IMG/VR virus record: IMGVR_UViG_3300021168_000026
Location: 5,255 to 69,254 of that record
Direction: 5' to 3' (one strand)
DNA length: 64,000 bases
Origin: a virus
A program made the position numbers and the translations under genes. Shown piece after piece: positions 62,670-64,000 of this stretch. Each line of letters begins with the position of its first letter. The first letter of the stretch is position 1. The notes below the pieces were generated by a model. It was given only the letters and a program-made list of their open reading frames with translations, made no database searches and was not told where the DNA came from.

Positions 62670-62861
62670 ATGAGCGCCACCAAGACCTTTGAGGGAGTGA
62701 CCTATTACCCCTACGTAGTCAGCTACGGCGACTGCCAGGGCAAGCGGCGGCAGAAGACACTATGGAGCCCCGGCTGCCCGTGGCTAGGCTCTGAGGTTCG
62801 ACGGTTTCTCGAGGCGGTCGACGCCGACGAGAAGATCAACGTCTATGTGAGGGCAAAATGA
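62670..62861 (+). CDS. Hypothetical protein
   Basis: RBS aaggag before MSATKT. Confidence 0.45.
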   Translation: MSATKTFEGVTYYPYVVSYGDCQGKRRQKTLWSPGCPWLGSEVRRFLEAVDADEKINVYVRAK

Positions 62862-63342
62862 GCCTACCCCTCGACCCATCCAAGCCACTAGAAGGCAATG
62901 CGGTCGCGTATTTCACGGTTGGCGGGGGTGAGCACGAAACGAGCGGAGCTCAAAGACTGTCTCAAGGTCTTGTTGCCTCTCTTGAGGCTTACCGATTGGT
63001 CCAAAGCTTTTGAACCTACCCCTGAGGGGGATCATCGACCCACGGACCCCTATCTGTCTCGAGACATCAAGGCTGCTGCTGGTGGGGGCAAGCTGTGGCC
63101 CCTCTCGTGAAAGCGCCCATGAGGCGCAAAGGAGACTTGCGGCTCATCGTAGGCGGCCTCAACATCACTTGGGTCGCACGAGCCGACGATGAGGAGCTTC
63201 ACGCGGTGATCGATTGCCAGATCATGACGATGCAAGATGCCTACTGCGGCGCGGCCCCTAGGCCAGGCGACTGGTGGGATTCTGAAGTGAGCCGAGGGAG
63301 ACGACGGTGCTCACGGTGTGTGGAACAACTGAGGAGGGAAGG

Positions 63343-63993
<651 letters not shown>

Positions 63994-64000
63994 CCCGAGC

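Overview
GC-rich dsDNA bacterial virus or provirus sequence, densely coding, with no host housekeeping genes. All calls come from motifs read by eye; no database searches were run. Layout: (1) 0-5.5 kb: metallophosphoesterase and cell-wall hydrolases. (2) 5.6-16.4 kb and 51-55 kb: G-X-T collagen-like fibres with a shared N-terminal motif, two glycosyltransferases and spike-like proteins. (3) 17-33.7 kb: replication, recombination and nucleotide metabolism (PD-(D/E)XK exonuclease, VapE-like helicase, SET protein, Sak4-like ATPase, SSB-like protein, HNH, UDG-exonuclease, family A DNA polymerase, RecD-like helicase, dNMP kinase, dCMP deaminase, ThyX). (4) 36-51 kb: a virion-like module of single-pass membrane proteins, a transglutaminase-like protein, an H1-like basic protein and a candidate major capsid protein. 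No terminase, portal or tape-measure gene is recognisable, which suggests a tailless, membrane-containing virus. (5) 55-64 kb: GroES, papain-like protease, tyrosine recombinase and an early-like region with an Ocr-like protein. The strongest finding is that catalytic motif C of the family A DNA polymerase is missing from its usual place and sits just upstream of motif A (C-A-B order). I know that order only from certain viral RNA-dependent RNA polymerases.
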